From positions 64,001 through 128,000 of IMG/VR virus record IMGVR_UViG_3300014204_000116: 64,000 nt of DNA; one strand, given 5' to 3'. This stretch comes from a virus. Its lineage: Duplodnaviria; Caudoviricetes. Both the position numbers and the translations under genes were made by a program. This document shows, one piece after another, positions 46,595-58,000 of the stretch; position 1 is the first letter of the stretch, and each line of letters begins with the position of its first letter. The notes beneath the pieces were generated by a model. It worked only from the letters and a program-made list of their open reading frames with translations, did not search any database and had not been told where the DNA came from.

Positions 46595-47310
46595 GCTTTC
46601 AGCTTATCCAAACCCCAGAAGAGGCGCAGCAGGTCGTGAAGGATATCGCTGGCTGGAGGCCTACCTCGGGTGGCAACAAAGATCCTGAGCGCCATTATTA
46701 CCGTAATGCGCTGGCGATGGCGCTCAAGGGATTCGTTCCTACCCGGAGTCGTAGTGTAGTAGTTGCGCGGTATGACGAAGACCGGTCCTGGCTGAGCGAG
46801 CTTAAAGTTCAACAGGTCCACGTCTATAACAAGGGGAACGACGGCTTTGGAACGAAGCTTCCCAACAAAGGGAGGGAAGCCCACACATATTTCAAGCACA
46901 TTGCAGACAACTACGACAACTTGACAGATGTCGTATTCTTCCTCCAGGGGTGGCCCCTTGACAGGAGTGCAGGCGTAATAGATGGTGTTAATAACCTTAG
47001 CAGCTTCGATTTTGTCGAGTTCGGCATCGATATCCTGGAGACCGGAGAGGTTCAAGAGCCCATGATCTCGTTTTGGGAAGTGATTTTCAACGGGCCATGC
47101 CCAAGGAAACCGTGGGTATTCCGAGCCAATAGCCAGTTTGGTGTTAGCCGCGAGCGCATTCAGCAACGACCGCGCCGGTTCTACCACGATTGTTTGGCTG
47201 CCTGCGAAGCAGGATTACCAAGTGTAAAGGCCGAGAGTATGCCTTACCTGTTTGAGCAAGTGTGGAATTATGTATTTGCCCCGAGGTCGCTATGCAATAA
47301 CGCCGACTGA
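46591..47310 (+). CDS. DUF3431-like protein (putatively glycan-related)
   Basis: VVARYDEDRSWL...VYNKG...LPNKGREAHTYFKHIADNYDNL..VVFFLQG...QFGVSRERI..RP..FY. Confidence 0.8.
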   Translation: MSFQLIQTPEEAQQVVKDIAGWRPTSGGNKDPERHYYRNALAMALKGFVPTRSRSVVVARYDEDRSWLSELKVQQVHVYNKGNDGFGTKLPNKGREAHTYFKHIADNYDNLTDVVFFLQGWPLDRSAGVIDGVNNLSSFDFVEFGIDILETGEVQEPMISFWEVIFNGPCPRKPWVFRANSQFGVSRERIQQRPRRFYHDCLAACEAGLPSVKAESMPYLFEQVWNYVFAPRSLCNNAD

Positions 47311-47741
47311 GATCGCTTTGCCAAGCGTGCGCTCGCATCTGGAAAGGATTTTGGCTAAGCGGGTTCACGAGGCCATAAACAAAGTAAGCCATGAATACGC
47401 TTACGAAGTTATCTGCACATCGGTATTGCATGGCATGATGCTTAAAATAACGCAGGAGATCGCCGGTATTGCACATGATTTAGATCTTTACGAGCCTATT
47501 AACGCGGCGTACGAGGAATGTGGCCCAGGGGGTAAGGCCCTGGTGATTACGTACAAAGGGAAGACCATCGGATATGCGCTTTTAACACTGTAAGCGCGGA
47601 ATTAACACTTATGATAGCTTGTATTTGCGGAGGATTTGAACTCTTGCTGCTTGTTCCACTGGTCGGATGGGTTACACACTTGTTCCGCAGGAAGTGCTGC
47701 AAGAAGTCCTGCCAGTGTAAATGCCACGAGAAAGGAATTAA

Positions 47742-48245
47742 ATGAATAAGGAAAATGATGAGCTGCTGTGCGAGCGATATCCGAAGATTTTCGCTGATCG
47801 GCGAGCGGACATGCGCACTACGTGCATGTGCTGGGGATTCGAATGCGGAAACGGGTGGATGTGGCTGATCGACCAGTTGTGCAAAGCTCTCCAGGACAGA
47901 ATCGATAATACCTCTCCTCATCCTCCCCAGGTTATCGCCGCGCAGGTGAAGGAGAAGTTTGGTAGCCTGCGCTTTTACATTTCCGGTGGTGATGAGGGGG
48001 CGCAAGGAATGATAGATCTGGCCGAGCACATGTCCATCAATATTTGCGAAGCGTGCGGATCTATCAAAAACGTGGGCCGCACTTCGGGATGGATTTCTGT
48101 CAGGTGTGAAGATTGTGCCAAGGCGGAGGGCATAATGGACCGGTGGAAATCCAACGAGGAGTGGGCCAAATACGCGGCAGCACGCGAGCTTCAAGAGAAA
48201 GCTGCGGCTAAAAAGGCAGCATCCGCTATTGACACAACGAAATAA
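47742..48245 (+). CDS. Conserved-type phage hypothetical protein
   Basis: WGFECGNGW..LIDQLC...QVKEKFGSLRFY...CEACG...C. Confidence 0.8.
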   Translation: MNKENDELLCERYPKIFADRRADMRTTCMCWGFECGNGWMWLIDQLCKALQDRIDNTSPHPPQVIAAQVKEKFGSLRFYISGGDEGAQGMIDLAEHMSINICEACGSIKNVGRTSGWISVRCEDCAKAEGIMDRWKSNEEWAKYAAARELQEKAAAKKAASAIDTTK

Positions 48246-48257
48246 TTCGGGTAGGAT
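48229..48257 (+). promoter_or_regulatory. Sigma70-type promoter TTGACA-N17-TAGGAT
   Basis: Perfect -35, 17-nt spacer; predicted transcription start ~48264. Confidence 0.7.
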
Positions 48258-48263
48258 CTGCCC

Positions 48264-48545
48264 ATGAATACGAGTCTGGCAACTTTTCAATTCGGACTTA
48301 ACAGTGACTCGGTATTCATGCGGGTGCGCCAAGCGCCCAGGGTCTCGCGACTAAATCGGAAGTGGCTCCGGGTCAAAGGTGTGTTGTGCACCTTAATTGT
48401 TGGCTACTCCTTTGCCTTGGCAGACCGGCAGAGACAGCAATCTGCCGGTCAATTTTCCCACTCTAACCTGAGTGGGCGTTAGCAGAAAACAAGGGAGAGA
48501 CCGTCGTTAGCTGGCCATTTGGTCGGTGCGGTCTCTCCCTTTTTA
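48264..48545 (+). ncRNA. Candidate structured RNA or leader
   Basis: Bounded by a promoter and a terminator; hairpins at 48376-48394, 48423-48450, 48457-48476 and 48491-48541. Confidence 0.4.
48491..48545 (+). terminator. Intrinsic terminator-like hairpin
   Basis: GGGAGAGACCG...CGGTCTCTCCC followed by TTTTT. Confidence 0.7.
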
Positions 48546-48562
48546 CCACGAAAAAATTGCAC

Positions 48563-49716
48563 ATGAATAGGCCGATCCCAACGAAGAGGCAAGCACTCTA
48601 CGACTACGACACTTCCAGGGCAGCGCACAATCAGCAGAAATCGCGCGACCCAAGAGCGGCACTGACGCCGGTCATGGTCACTTCCGTAGGTAGGAAATAC
48701 TTTTCGTGCACCGTGCAAGGATTTCCCATCGGGAAAACCCACACAACCCTGTATAATTTGTCGGACTGGAGCCAGTGCACAGACACGGTGCCAACCCATC
48801 AACTTTTTGTCTCGCCAGACGATTATGCCAACTTAATAGAGGAAAGGACTATCTGGCGCACCCTGCGAGAGGTATTTTCGTGCGGTGGCATTAACACGCG
48901 GCGTATTCCGTTGGCGAATCTCCGTGAGATCCTGCGCCTCGTGCAAAAATGAAAATAGGACATCGAAAGCACGCCCAGGTTAAAAACTGCTCCGGCAGCA
49001 AGCATTCGCACAACTCTCCGAAGGCCACGCTTAAGCGGATCAACAGGCGTGTCCATAAGCGTAGCCGGGCTGAAGGCCGGGCTGAGAGCAAAGCAATGTG
49101 GGGTCCGCCGCCGTCACCTGATTGGACAATGAGCATGCCGGTATTGGGCATTTGAAAGACAATCTTATGAAAGACAAACAAACCAAACGCGTAGAGGCGC
49201 TCAAGCGCCTTAGCCAACACATTGACGGGATGCGCCGGAGAGAAGCCGAAATTCGGCTCCAGATCAAAGAGGCGCAGAGTTCAAAAAGGAACGTCAGGCC
49301 CAAGTCGTTGCTGGAGTCAATGATTGGGTCTCTTATCGATCCTGAATCTCTGCGCATTGACCTCGAAAGGATTGAGCGCCATATTGAGAGAGCTGTGCGA
49401 GAAGCTGCGCACCTTCAGCTAATAATAACAACGGGTAACAGAAAGGTATAGTGCTATGGGCCAAAAATTTGTAACGGGTGACTCCCGTTTAGAATTCGAC
49501 CGTCGTGTTAACTTACTACTCGACGAAGGGTATCGGGTGACATACGTCAACTGCCTATTTAATACCTATGAGCGCTGGTGGGCCGTCCTTGATGGCCCAG
49601 GGGAACCAGTGGAGTCTATGGCCTCAGATGCAGTTGTCGCCATGACCAAGATGGATGCGACGGTTCCTCAGCAAGACCGTTATCCGAATAAACTCATTTT
49701 AAGCTTAGCACCATAA
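48563..49716 (+). other. Small hypothetical genes (48563-48952, 48949-49155, ~49167-49451, 49456-49716)
   Basis: Packed + strand ORFs. Confidence 0.55.
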
Positions 49717-49730
49717 CCATAATCACATTC

Positions 49731-50381
49731 ATGAAGATCGTAGAACCACACGCCATAATTGAAACACCAATACATGGCCAATTTGCCACCGATATCCTGG
49801 TGCACCTGGAGCGCTGTGCCCGCACATGCTATAAGAGCGAGGGCTACATCACCCCCGGCAGCGCGCCGGGGTTTATCAGCAACTTGATCCGCATGAAGAA
49901 GCACGAGTCTATCATCGAGCATGCGAGTGCCACTGTCCGGTTTATCTGTGATCGTGGCGTCACTCACGAAATTGTTCGGCATCGGCTCGCGGCTTACTCT
50001 CAGGAGTCTACCCGGTACTGCAATTACACCAATGATAAGTTCGACAACGAGATCACCGTGATTCGTCCTCTATTCTTCGAGGAAGGAAGCGAGGACTGGA
50101 ATGACTGGTATGCGGCATGTAAGGAGGCCGAGGCGCGTTACATGAAGCTCATCAGCCGGGGTCGGACTCCCCAAGAGGCCAGATCTGTGCTGCCTAACAG
50201 CCTCAAGACCGAACTCGTCATGACGTGCAACATGCGGGAGTGGAGGCACGTTTTCTCACTACGCACGTCATCCAGAGCCCATCCTCAGATGACCCAGGTC
50301 ATGCGCCCACTCCTGGCCGAGTTTAAAACGCACCTGGAGCCGCTGTTCGGCGATCTGGGATGGGGCGTTACCGTATCCTAA
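49731..50381 (+). CDS. thyX: FAD-dependent thymidylate synthase
   Basis: HESIIEH, RGVTHEIVRHRLAAYSQESTRY, ARSVLPN, NMREWRH..LR....AHPQM. Confidence 0.95.
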   Translation: MKIVEPHAIIETPIHGQFATDILVHLERCARTCYKSEGYITPGSAPGFISNLIRMKKHESIIEHASATVRFICDRGVTHEIVRHRLAAYSQESTRYCNYTNDKFDNEITVIRPLFFEEGSEDWNDWYAACKEAEARYMKLISRGRTPQEARSVLPNSLKTELVMTCNMREWRHVFSLRTSSRAHPQMTQVMRPLLAEFKTHLEPLFGDLGWGVTVS

Positions 50382-50393
50382 TGCTGACAATTT

Positions 50394-50633
50394 ATGGACC
50401 CAAGACAAATGATGGTTCCGGTAAGACAGAAGCCGGTTGATTTCAAGATTCTGTCCAACGTAAGCACTGATCTCCTGGCAGCGGACATCATCGACTACCT
50501 TAAAAAGGGGTGGGTGTTCCACGGAGAGATATCTCAATTCTCCGGCAAGCTTTGCCAGGCGATGGTGAAGATTGAAACGGAGCGCATGGATATTCCAGGC
50601 AGTAACATCCTGGTGCCCCAGATGAGGGGTTAA
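50394..50633 (+). CDS. Small hypothetical protein (DUF1737-like)
   Basis: YLKKGWVFHG...LCQAMVK pattern. Confidence 0.55.
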   Translation: MDPRQMMVPVRQKPVDFKILSNVSTDLLAADIIDYLKKGWVFHGEISQFSGKLCQAMVKIETERMDIPGSNILVPQMRG

Positions 50634-50648
50634 CCGCCAAGGAAACAA

Positions 50649-51311
50649 ATGAACAGGATCACTGTTGGAATACTCTGCGGTCGTGGAGAGACTGACGAGG
50701 CGCTGAAAGTGATACAGCGTATCAACAGTGATCCGCTCGTTGAAAATGTCCTGCCACTTTTTCCGGTAGCCCCGAGAAAGTGCGCAGGACATTACATTTA
50801 CTATCCTCCGGCTGCGCAGAACAGACGCGGGGCGGCACGGACGGCGATGCTCGGGGTTTTATCCAAGCTATCGGATACGGACTACACCGTTATGCTGGAC
50901 GACGATACCTTGCCTCTGCCGGGATATTTTGAGGCCATTGCCACGTTGAGCAAGACGGACGTGCCGACGCTTATGACTGGCAAGCTTTTGAACGCGGACG
51001 GCCAGCGTTGTTGGGATGTCTGTGCATTCGACGGGGATGTCCCGGTGATCATTCCGTACGAGTTTTGGGGCAGCGGGGCCTACGCAGATACGTGCTATTT
51101 TTCCGGCCCACAGCACATCTTAAACGCAGCCGGAATGAAGCTGGCGGTGGCCACGGGCTACCCTGACATTAGCTATGGGGAAGACACCGCGTTTTGTAGA
51201 CAATTCATCTCGAAAGGCGGAGTTCTTAGCCCGATACTGGGCATAACGGCTCAACTCCTTCATCAGCATAATGCGCCAAACTTATCGAACTGTGGAGTTC
51301 ACTGGAGTTGA
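50649..51311 (+). CDS. GT-A fold glycosyltransferase-like protein
   Basis: DYTVMLDDD (DxD motif), YGEDTAFC. Confidence 0.7.
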   Translation: MNRITVGILCGRGETDEALKVIQRINSDPLVENVLPLFPVAPRKCAGHYIYYPPAAQNRRGAARTAMLGVLSKLSDTDYTVMLDDDTLPLPGYFEAIATLSKTDVPTLMTGKLLNADGQRCWDVCAFDGDVPVIIPYEFWGSGAYADTCYFSGPQHILNAAGMKLAVATGYPDISYGEDTAFCRQFISKGGVLSPILGITAQLLHQHNAPNLSNCGVHWS

Positions 51312-51485
51312 TGACACTTTATGACGTATGCCTGATGAATACCTGCGAGGTCTGGACGCCGTATTCTCTGCGCTTCGGGGGTCGCAGGACTGTTCTGTAA
51401 TTAAGCTGGTTGTGTTACTGGGCATATCGGTCATCTTAACAAAGGCTGTAATGAAAAAGATCAACGACATTTTTGGAAGGTAGCG

Positions 51486-52024
51486 ATGAACTGCTCAAAG
51501 CTTAAGCCATTAGAAAAAAACGAAGTGTACATCGCCGTTGCCGACAGCGACGAGGTATTGTTATCGGGATATCTTCCATCCTGCGGGACAGGCAATCGCT
51601 ATATCGTCGAGGCCATATTTGAGCCTATCAACAGGAATGTCGATAAGGTGTTGGTGCTGTATGCCCAGGGAAACGTGCAGCGTTTAGTGCCCAGGGCGTG
51701 GGTTAAAAAATTCAACGTCGAGACCCGAGGGATTACTCCGGCATGGAGCCGGGTATTGTCGGGCACGAAGGACGCATGACTCGCGACGACTATCGTAAAA
51801 GTCCTCAATTTAAGGATGCAGTGAGACGCATTTATATCCGCCTTTTGGCGATTTCAATCTTGGTGTCCGCATTCATCGGGTGGTTCTTCCACGATATCAT
51901 TGCCACCATCCGATCACCGATAGTCAGCATTACAGTCGGAGAGTTCACGGGCGTATTCATCCTGGTATACGTCACGGCTAATCTGATTCTTCACTGGCTG
52001 ACAAGTGGCAGCCGCCGCAGGTAA
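51486..52024 (+). other. Two small genes (51486-51779 hypothetical; 51776-52024 membrane protein)
   Basis: ATGA overlap; the second has two hydrophobic segments. Confidence 0.55.
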
Positions 52025-52037
52025 GTTATTATTTCTG

Positions 52038-52066
52038 TTGACACCGCTTCTGTAAGCTGCTATACT
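52038..52066 (+). promoter_or_regulatory. Strong sigma70-type promoter TTGACA-N17-TATACT
   Basis: Near consensus with extended -10 TG; ATG 52075 8 nt downstream. Confidence 0.85.
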
Positions 52067-52074
52067 CCTGGTCA

Positions 52075-52920
52075 ATGAAGCGACAATTTGTCATACACAA
52101 TCGTTCGGCATTTCGCGACGAGGAGATCATTCCCCTCCTAAACTTCTCCTGGGACTGCGCTTGGGAGGCAGCTCCAACGGGCCATACCCAGATCAATCAA
52201 CACCCGAGGTATAGCCGGTCACAGCCCCGCTACGGGGTATTTCTTACCGCAGAGGAACTGGACTTTCAACAGAGGCAGAATTGCATTTGGCATGTCCATC
52301 TCATAAAGAGCATACACATGCGTGCCGGGATGGCTTACGTCGGTTCGGGGCGTGTGCGCATTCGTCTTGGCGATCCTAAGAAGATCTCGGTTACATGGCC
52401 ACGAAATGAAACCTATGGCAAGTTCAAAGATATGCCGGAGTTTCAGATTCGTTCCTGGCGCGAGATGATTATCAGGATTGCCGCACACGAATTTGCGCAT
52501 CTTACTGGCCACGACGGAGTAAAAGCTGGCGAAGAAAAGGCTGAGCTTACGGCGTGGGACGCGGTCGAAAAGTATCGCCAGATGCAGGCGGAAATAGACG
52601 GTGAAATAGATCGTCGGTGTGCCTGCGTAGACAAAAAGCGCGAATGTGCCGATGCCCGCGAAAGGGCTAAATTCGAGGAGAAGAACTCCACTCAATTCAA
52701 GTTGGATAAGCTGGCCAAGGCCGAGGCCATATGGACCAGGAAGCTGCGGCTAGCGTCTACGAAGCTGAGTAAAATTCGGCGTTCTCGCTCCTGCATACTC
52801 GCGGCGCAGAGGCGCAGGCAGGCCGTTGCAAGTGATCCTTGCCCGCCACCACCGGCAGTCGATGCCGCGCCTGTTGAACAAAATATGCCCGCAGAAGTGT
52901 GCCCGGAATCTGTTCTTTGA
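52075..52920 (+). CDS. HExxH zincin-like protein with a C-terminal coiled coil
   Basis: IAAHEFAHLTGH...EEKAE. Confidence 0.7.
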   Translation: MKRQFVIHNRSAFRDEEIIPLLNFSWDCAWEAAPTGHTQINQHPRYSRSQPRYGVFLTAEELDFQQRQNCIWHVHLIKSIHMRAGMAYVGSGRVRIRLGDPKKISVTWPRNETYGKFKDMPEFQIRSWREMIIRIAAHEFAHLTGHDGVKAGEEKAELTAWDAVEKYRQMQAEIDGEIDRRCACVDKKRECADARERAKFEEKNSTQFKLDKLAKAEAIWTRKLRLASTKLSKIRRSRSCILAAQRRRQAVASDPCPPPPAVDAAPVEQNMPAEVCPESVL

Positions 52921-53145
52921 TTTAGAAACTATGATAATTATTATCCACGGTGTAACAGGCAGCGACAACCACAGCGCAGTGGTTGGGGCCGTCGAGGCGC
53001 AGAGCCCGATGGCTGTTCGCGATGCCATGAAAAAGTATTTTCAGTCGTATGGCAGGGGCCAGCTTAATCGGCAGCGATTTGCTGAGCTGGTGACTTTCTC
53101 CGGCCTGAAGATTGTGCCCATCGCATCCATCGATTACGACCAGGT

Positions 53146-53565
53146 ATGAAGGCTTACTTAGCGGGCGCTATACTGGGACAGTCAGACGCCGAGTGCCGGG
53201 AATGGCGCAAGGATGCGGCCAAAGCCCTGGCTGAGATCGGTGTCGAGGCACTCGATCCTTTGCGGCGTGATTTTCGAGGCGTAGAGGTCGAAAACATGAG
53301 CGTCATCATTGATGCCAACATCGCTGACATCGAAGCGAGCGACATTGTCCTGGTTAAGGGAAACATTCCTTCCTGGGGGACGGCGATGGAAATTGTCTAC
53401 GCCTACGGCATGGATAAGTTCATTGTGGTATGGGGCGTTGGTGACGTGATCTCTCCCTGGCTGAAGTTTCATACGGACGCCCAGGAGAAAACCATGGAGT
53501 TGGCCCTGGCCAGGATCGTCGAGTTTATCGAGAGTACAAAACACATAGGTAGCAAAAGCAAATAG
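53146..53565 (+). CDS. Nucleoside 2-deoxyribosyltransferase-like protein
   Basis: AYLAGAI...WRK...LDPLRR...DIEASDIVLV...SWGTAMEIVYA. Confidence 0.85.
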   Translation: MKAYLAGAILGQSDAECREWRKDAAKALAEIGVEALDPLRRDFRGVEVENMSVIIDANIADIEASDIVLVKGNIPSWGTAMEIVYAYGMDKFIVVWGVGDVISPWLKFHTDAQEKTMELALARIVEFIESTKHIGSKSK

Positions 53566-53568
53566 TTT

Positions 53569-54417
53569 ATGAGTGAATTACCAAAAACACCGCCCGTTGC
53601 GACAGAGTTCCCCGTGAGCACAATTGAGGCTGCGGCTTATGCAGCTTCAGAATTTAGAAACAGCGTTGCCGCCGTGAGGGCAATCGCCGCCGTCGCGGGC
53701 AAGGTCATGACAATTCCTAACGTGAAAATGGCAGAGGTCATCGCGGCATGGGCCTACAAGCGCATGGACGCCTGCAAAACGCTGGAGGATCAGAAGAAGG
53801 TGCTCGACGACGATCTCTTGAAATTTGGCCCCGAGGTCGCCGCCATCATCAATTCGCTTCACGTCCCACCGGGCACGAGTAACGAATTGATGCAGGAGCT
53901 GTTCGTCAAATCCTCGGACAGTGCAAAGCTCATCCGCGTCTGCGAAACCATCGTGGGCCTGGCTGACACTTACCGGGAGCTGTCATCGGGCAGCCCGAGC
54001 CGATTGAGAGAGGCGCAGCTCCTCCTCAACTACGCACAGTTTGTCTACAATAATTCAGTTAGTAGGGTCGCTCCGACCGTGCTGGGTGAGCTGAGGCAGC
54101 TTATCATCGCGACGTCCAGCATTTGGAGCGCGGTATCGGCAACGGTGGAAGCATTTGAGACGAGGGTCAACCCGCCCGATATGATTCCGGTAAAGATCGT
54201 CGCCGTCTGCAACGAGCTGGGGACCGTGGCCGTGGTCATGATGAAGCCATCTTCGACTACCGAAGATGCGCGCAAAGCCGCCGACGATGCAAAGGGCAAG
54301 ATCGGTGGGGCTCTGCACTCAGAGTCCGTGCTTTACGCGACCATTCCTGCACCCAAGCAGATCGAAGTGAAGGGCGTGGCATTGCCCGAGATCGGAGCCG
54401 CTAACCCCGCTAGTTAG
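53569..54417 (+). CDS. Hypothetical protein
   Basis: 282-aa ORF packed with its neighbours. Confidence 0.7.
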   Translation: MSELPKTPPVATEFPVSTIEAAAYAASEFRNSVAAVRAIAAVAGKVMTIPNVKMAEVIAAWAYKRMDACKTLEDQKKVLDDDLLKFGPEVAAIINSLHVPPGTSNELMQELFVKSSDSAKLIRVCETIVGLADTYRELSSGSPSRLREAQLLLNYAQFVYNNSVSRVAPTVLGELRQLIIATSSIWSAVSATVEAFETRVNPPDMIPVKIVAVCNELGTVAVVMMKPSSTTEDARKAADDAKGKIGGALHSESVLYATIPAPKQIEVKGVALPEIGAANPAS

Positions 54418-54422
54418 AAAGC

Positions 54423-54728
54423 GTGATTAGCCAGGAGATTACACTTACACCGGAACAGATTAACTGGGGCGTCTATGTGCAAAATCACATAGACGCTTTT
54501 GGTTCTTGCCTCTACCCGTCGTGGTGCATACGGGCGATTTTCAAGACTAACTTCGAGGCCTTAAAGAGGATATACGCCGACAACCTGTGGGCTCTGCACT
54601 ACGACGACGTACTCGATCTTTCGCTGATTACTGATGCCAGTCCTGGTGCAAGTAAACCGAACTCAATTCGTGAGGTCCAGCGCCGACTGCGCAAAGTTCA
54701 CAGGGACAAGTGCCAGGGGAGTAGTTAG
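54423..54728 (+). CDS. Hypothetical protein
   Basis: 101-aa ORF. Confidence 0.55.
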   Translation: MISQEITLTPEQINWGVYVQNHIDAFGSCLYPSWCIRAIFKTNFEALKRIYADNLWALHYDDVLDLSLITDASPGASKPNSIREVQRRLRKVHRDKCQGSS

Positions 54729-54733
54729 ACTTG

Positions 54734-54994
54734 ATGTCACTGACAGAATACATTGTAGACAGTTTGCTACAAGAATCTCCTAATCTTGAGACGCTGAAGA
54801 AGCACAAGGTAGCCCTAACGCCGGACGAGAAGCGGAGTTTTAAGGAGTGCAGCCAGGATCAGTCAGCCACGGCCATGAAATCGGTCGTCAACGGCAAGAC
54901 CTGGTACGCATGCTATACGCACCGAGCTTGCCAGGTTAGCCCTACCCTCAAGGGCGCTCTAAAGGCTTATCCAGAAATTGCTGCTACCGGCTAG
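54734..54994 (+). CDS. Small putative head protein
   Basis: MSLTEYIVDSLLQES motif; GTAGTTA at 54721-54727. Confidence 0.65.
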   Translation: MSLTEYIVDSLLQESPNLETLKKHKVALTPDEKRSFKECSQDQSATAMKSVVNGKTWYACYTHRACQVSPTLKGALKAYPEIAATG

Positions 54995-55008
54995 CGCGTA
55001 GTTAAGCT

Positions 55009-58000
55009 GTGACGACGTTACGCACTCAACATGTGCCACCTGACACGGGCCAAGCTTCTGACACTCCAGGGACCGCCCAGGGAGTTGCGCGTGCACTTTT
55101 AGACAGTAGTCCTGAGCTTACTAGCGCCGAAATTGGCGACATGGCCGCATCCGCTGGAATTGGCAAGGTTGTCGCCCAAATCGCCGATGCCGATCCCCCG
55201 GAGGCAGCCGACATCCGCTCACCCCGTAACTGGTTCATTACAAAATGGGACGTGATGTACGGGGGTCAGAAGATTGGATACATCACCCGCAGCAGGGATA
55301 ACCCGCTACAGTTTAGACCATTTACCACGATTAATCCGGCGTCCAAGTCCTGTAACTTTAGCCGCTTACGGGACGCCCTCGCCTGGGTCATGGTTCATCG
55401 TGTGAAAAACTGGGCGGCGAGCGAGAGGCTTGCCCAACACGCCACAGTAGAGGAATCTCACACATCGAACGAGTCCTTAATATTGGTGCATGAGGCCGAG
55501 GAGATCCAAATGTCGGACATCTGGAAGTCAGCGAATAAGCCCCAGCTCCGCAAGGACGATAAGGGTAAGGATGTACTCCACATCCCTCACCTGGCTGCAA
55601 TTACACCGGATCAGTGGGAGAAGATTTCAGGCATTATGCGGGGCAAAGGCTACGACTCACGTGGCGCTGCTGACGCCAGCCGGGCTGTCCAATCAATGCT
55701 GCGCAGGGCAGGTGAAAGTGGAGAGGCGAGAGTTTTAAAACACGAGGATTGGGTTGATACCATTGCCAAAGTCATTGGGTTGAAAGCGTCGTCACAAGAG
55801 CTTAAGGCTGGTGACAGGGCTGCAACGGCCCGCAAGGTATTCGCACGAGCGGTCAAGAGCTGGGGATTAACTAATAACCCAGACGTGGCTGGCTATATCC
55901 TTCCGAATGGCTCGATGCTGGACTTGTCCGGTGGATCGGGGCGGCGTGCTTACGACCACCGGCAGGTTGGGTCATTCCTTGAGCCTTCTGAACAGGGGCG
56001 TGGAGCCACAGATTGCATGCACGAGTTCATGGATCTGGGGGCTATACGCTGGATGCCAGAAGGCCCAGGTATGGATATTCGCGTGCCACCCACCAAGGCG
56101 CAGTATGCCCAAATTGCCCGTATTAAGGACGAGGCGCATGGTCAGCTCTATCTCGACGTGTATTCGCCGAACTATGGCAAGGCCTACCGTGGATACGGTC
56201 CTAGCCATACCAGCCAGCGCGTCGTCAATGACATCGTCTCGTTTTACAAGACGGGCAAACTGGGGCATATGCCCGAGGTTCAGCAATTTCACGGGATGGG
56301 AGAGTCTGAAGAGTCTGAGTTTTTTAAGTCTTTTACGTCGTCTAAGTACGCGAAAGAGATTGAATTTTGGAACATAGCCACTACTCCGATGCTTCTTATC
56401 AGCACTCTCCGGGATCTTAAAGTTCCAGCGGCAGCCTTCGTAGAAATCAGTGTAGCACTGACAGAAGAAGTTCTTCCGAAGTTTGAAGAGGCGTACTCCG
56501 AAAATCTCCAACCGCGTAAGGCGATAGAGGCTGCAAAAGCTTGGCTCAAGGATAGAACAGCGGCTAACGCTGAAGCGGCTGAAACGGCTGACTATGCTGC
56601 TGCGGTTGCTGCTGACCATGTCGCTTCTTATTCTTCTAGTGCTTCTTATGTTGCTTCTGCTGCTTCTTACACTGCCAGGGCTGCTCACACTGCCCATAAC
56701 TCTCAGCGGGCTTCTTACGATGCTTATGCCATTAACGCGATATTCTATTACACCGCTAAGGCAGGCCTTTCTGCCACGCGCATGGTGGATATCATCAAGA
56801 GAGTGGGCCACCAATATTTTGCATTCTTACCCCTGAGTAAGTCGAGTAAGGTAGCGGAAGCTGGCGAAACTTTAGATCCTGCCGAGTTCGTTAAGTCTTA
56901 CCATGCGGATAAGTACGGGTCTAAGATCAGAGATTGGAGCTTGGTCTCTGAGCCTGTGGCTCTTCTTCGCATACTGGAGTCTCTCAATGCTCCGAAGTCA
57001 ACCTACGTAGAAATCAACATAGCCTTGGCAGAAGAAGTTCTTCCGGTGTTTGAGAAGAAGCGTCCCAAAGATCTCCGCCCCCGAAAAGCGATAGAAGCGG
57101 CCAAAGCTTGGTTTAAGGACAGGACATCGGCCAATGCTCAGATCGTCCTCGATGTCTCTCAGGGTGCCTGGAAGGCTACCAACGCCTGTACTAGTTCCCC
57201 AGAACACGCCGCTTTTGCCATATATTATGCTACTGTCAGTGTTACTGCTGAGACTGTTAGCCCTAGCGGCGCTTGGACTGCTATTGATGCTGCCCATTAC
57301 ACTGTTGCTGACGTTATTAATGCAGGCATTCCTAAGCAACGCGTGGCAGACATCATCAGGGAAGTGGGGCGAAGTTATTTTGGATTCTTACCCCAGGAAG
57401 GGCATGAAAAGGCAGAAGAGCCAGCCGTAGGCGAAGCTTTAGATCCTTCTGAGTTTGTTAAATCCTACACCACGGCCAAATACCAAAAGGCTATCCATGA
57501 TTGGGGTACAGCTACTACTCCTGGGGATCTTAATCTCGTTCTTAAATCTCTCAAAGCTCCCAAGGCAGCTTTTGTAGAGGTTGCCATAGCATTTGCCGAA
57601 GAAGTTCTTCCAATGGTTGAAAAGGTGTTGCCCAATGATCTTCGACCTCGGCAAGCGATAGAAGCTGCCAAAGTTTGGCTTAAAGACAGAACAGAAGCTA
57701 ATGCTCAAGCCGCTAACGAAGCTTCTGACGAAGCTCTGGCTGCTTCTGCCGATGCCGCTACTGAATCTTATACTGCCTGGAATGCTGTTCAAACTGCTGC
57801 TCGGGCTGCTAATATGGCTTGGGTTGCTTCTACCGATGATGACGCCGGGATGGTTTATAAATACGCTTCTTATATCAATTATTACACCACCAGGGCCGGT
57901 CTCTCTAACCAGCGTGCCATGGACATCTTTAGGGAAATTGGTGGGAGATACTTTTCGTTCTTAGCCCAGAGTCCAAGCGAGGGCATGGCCGAAGTGATTG

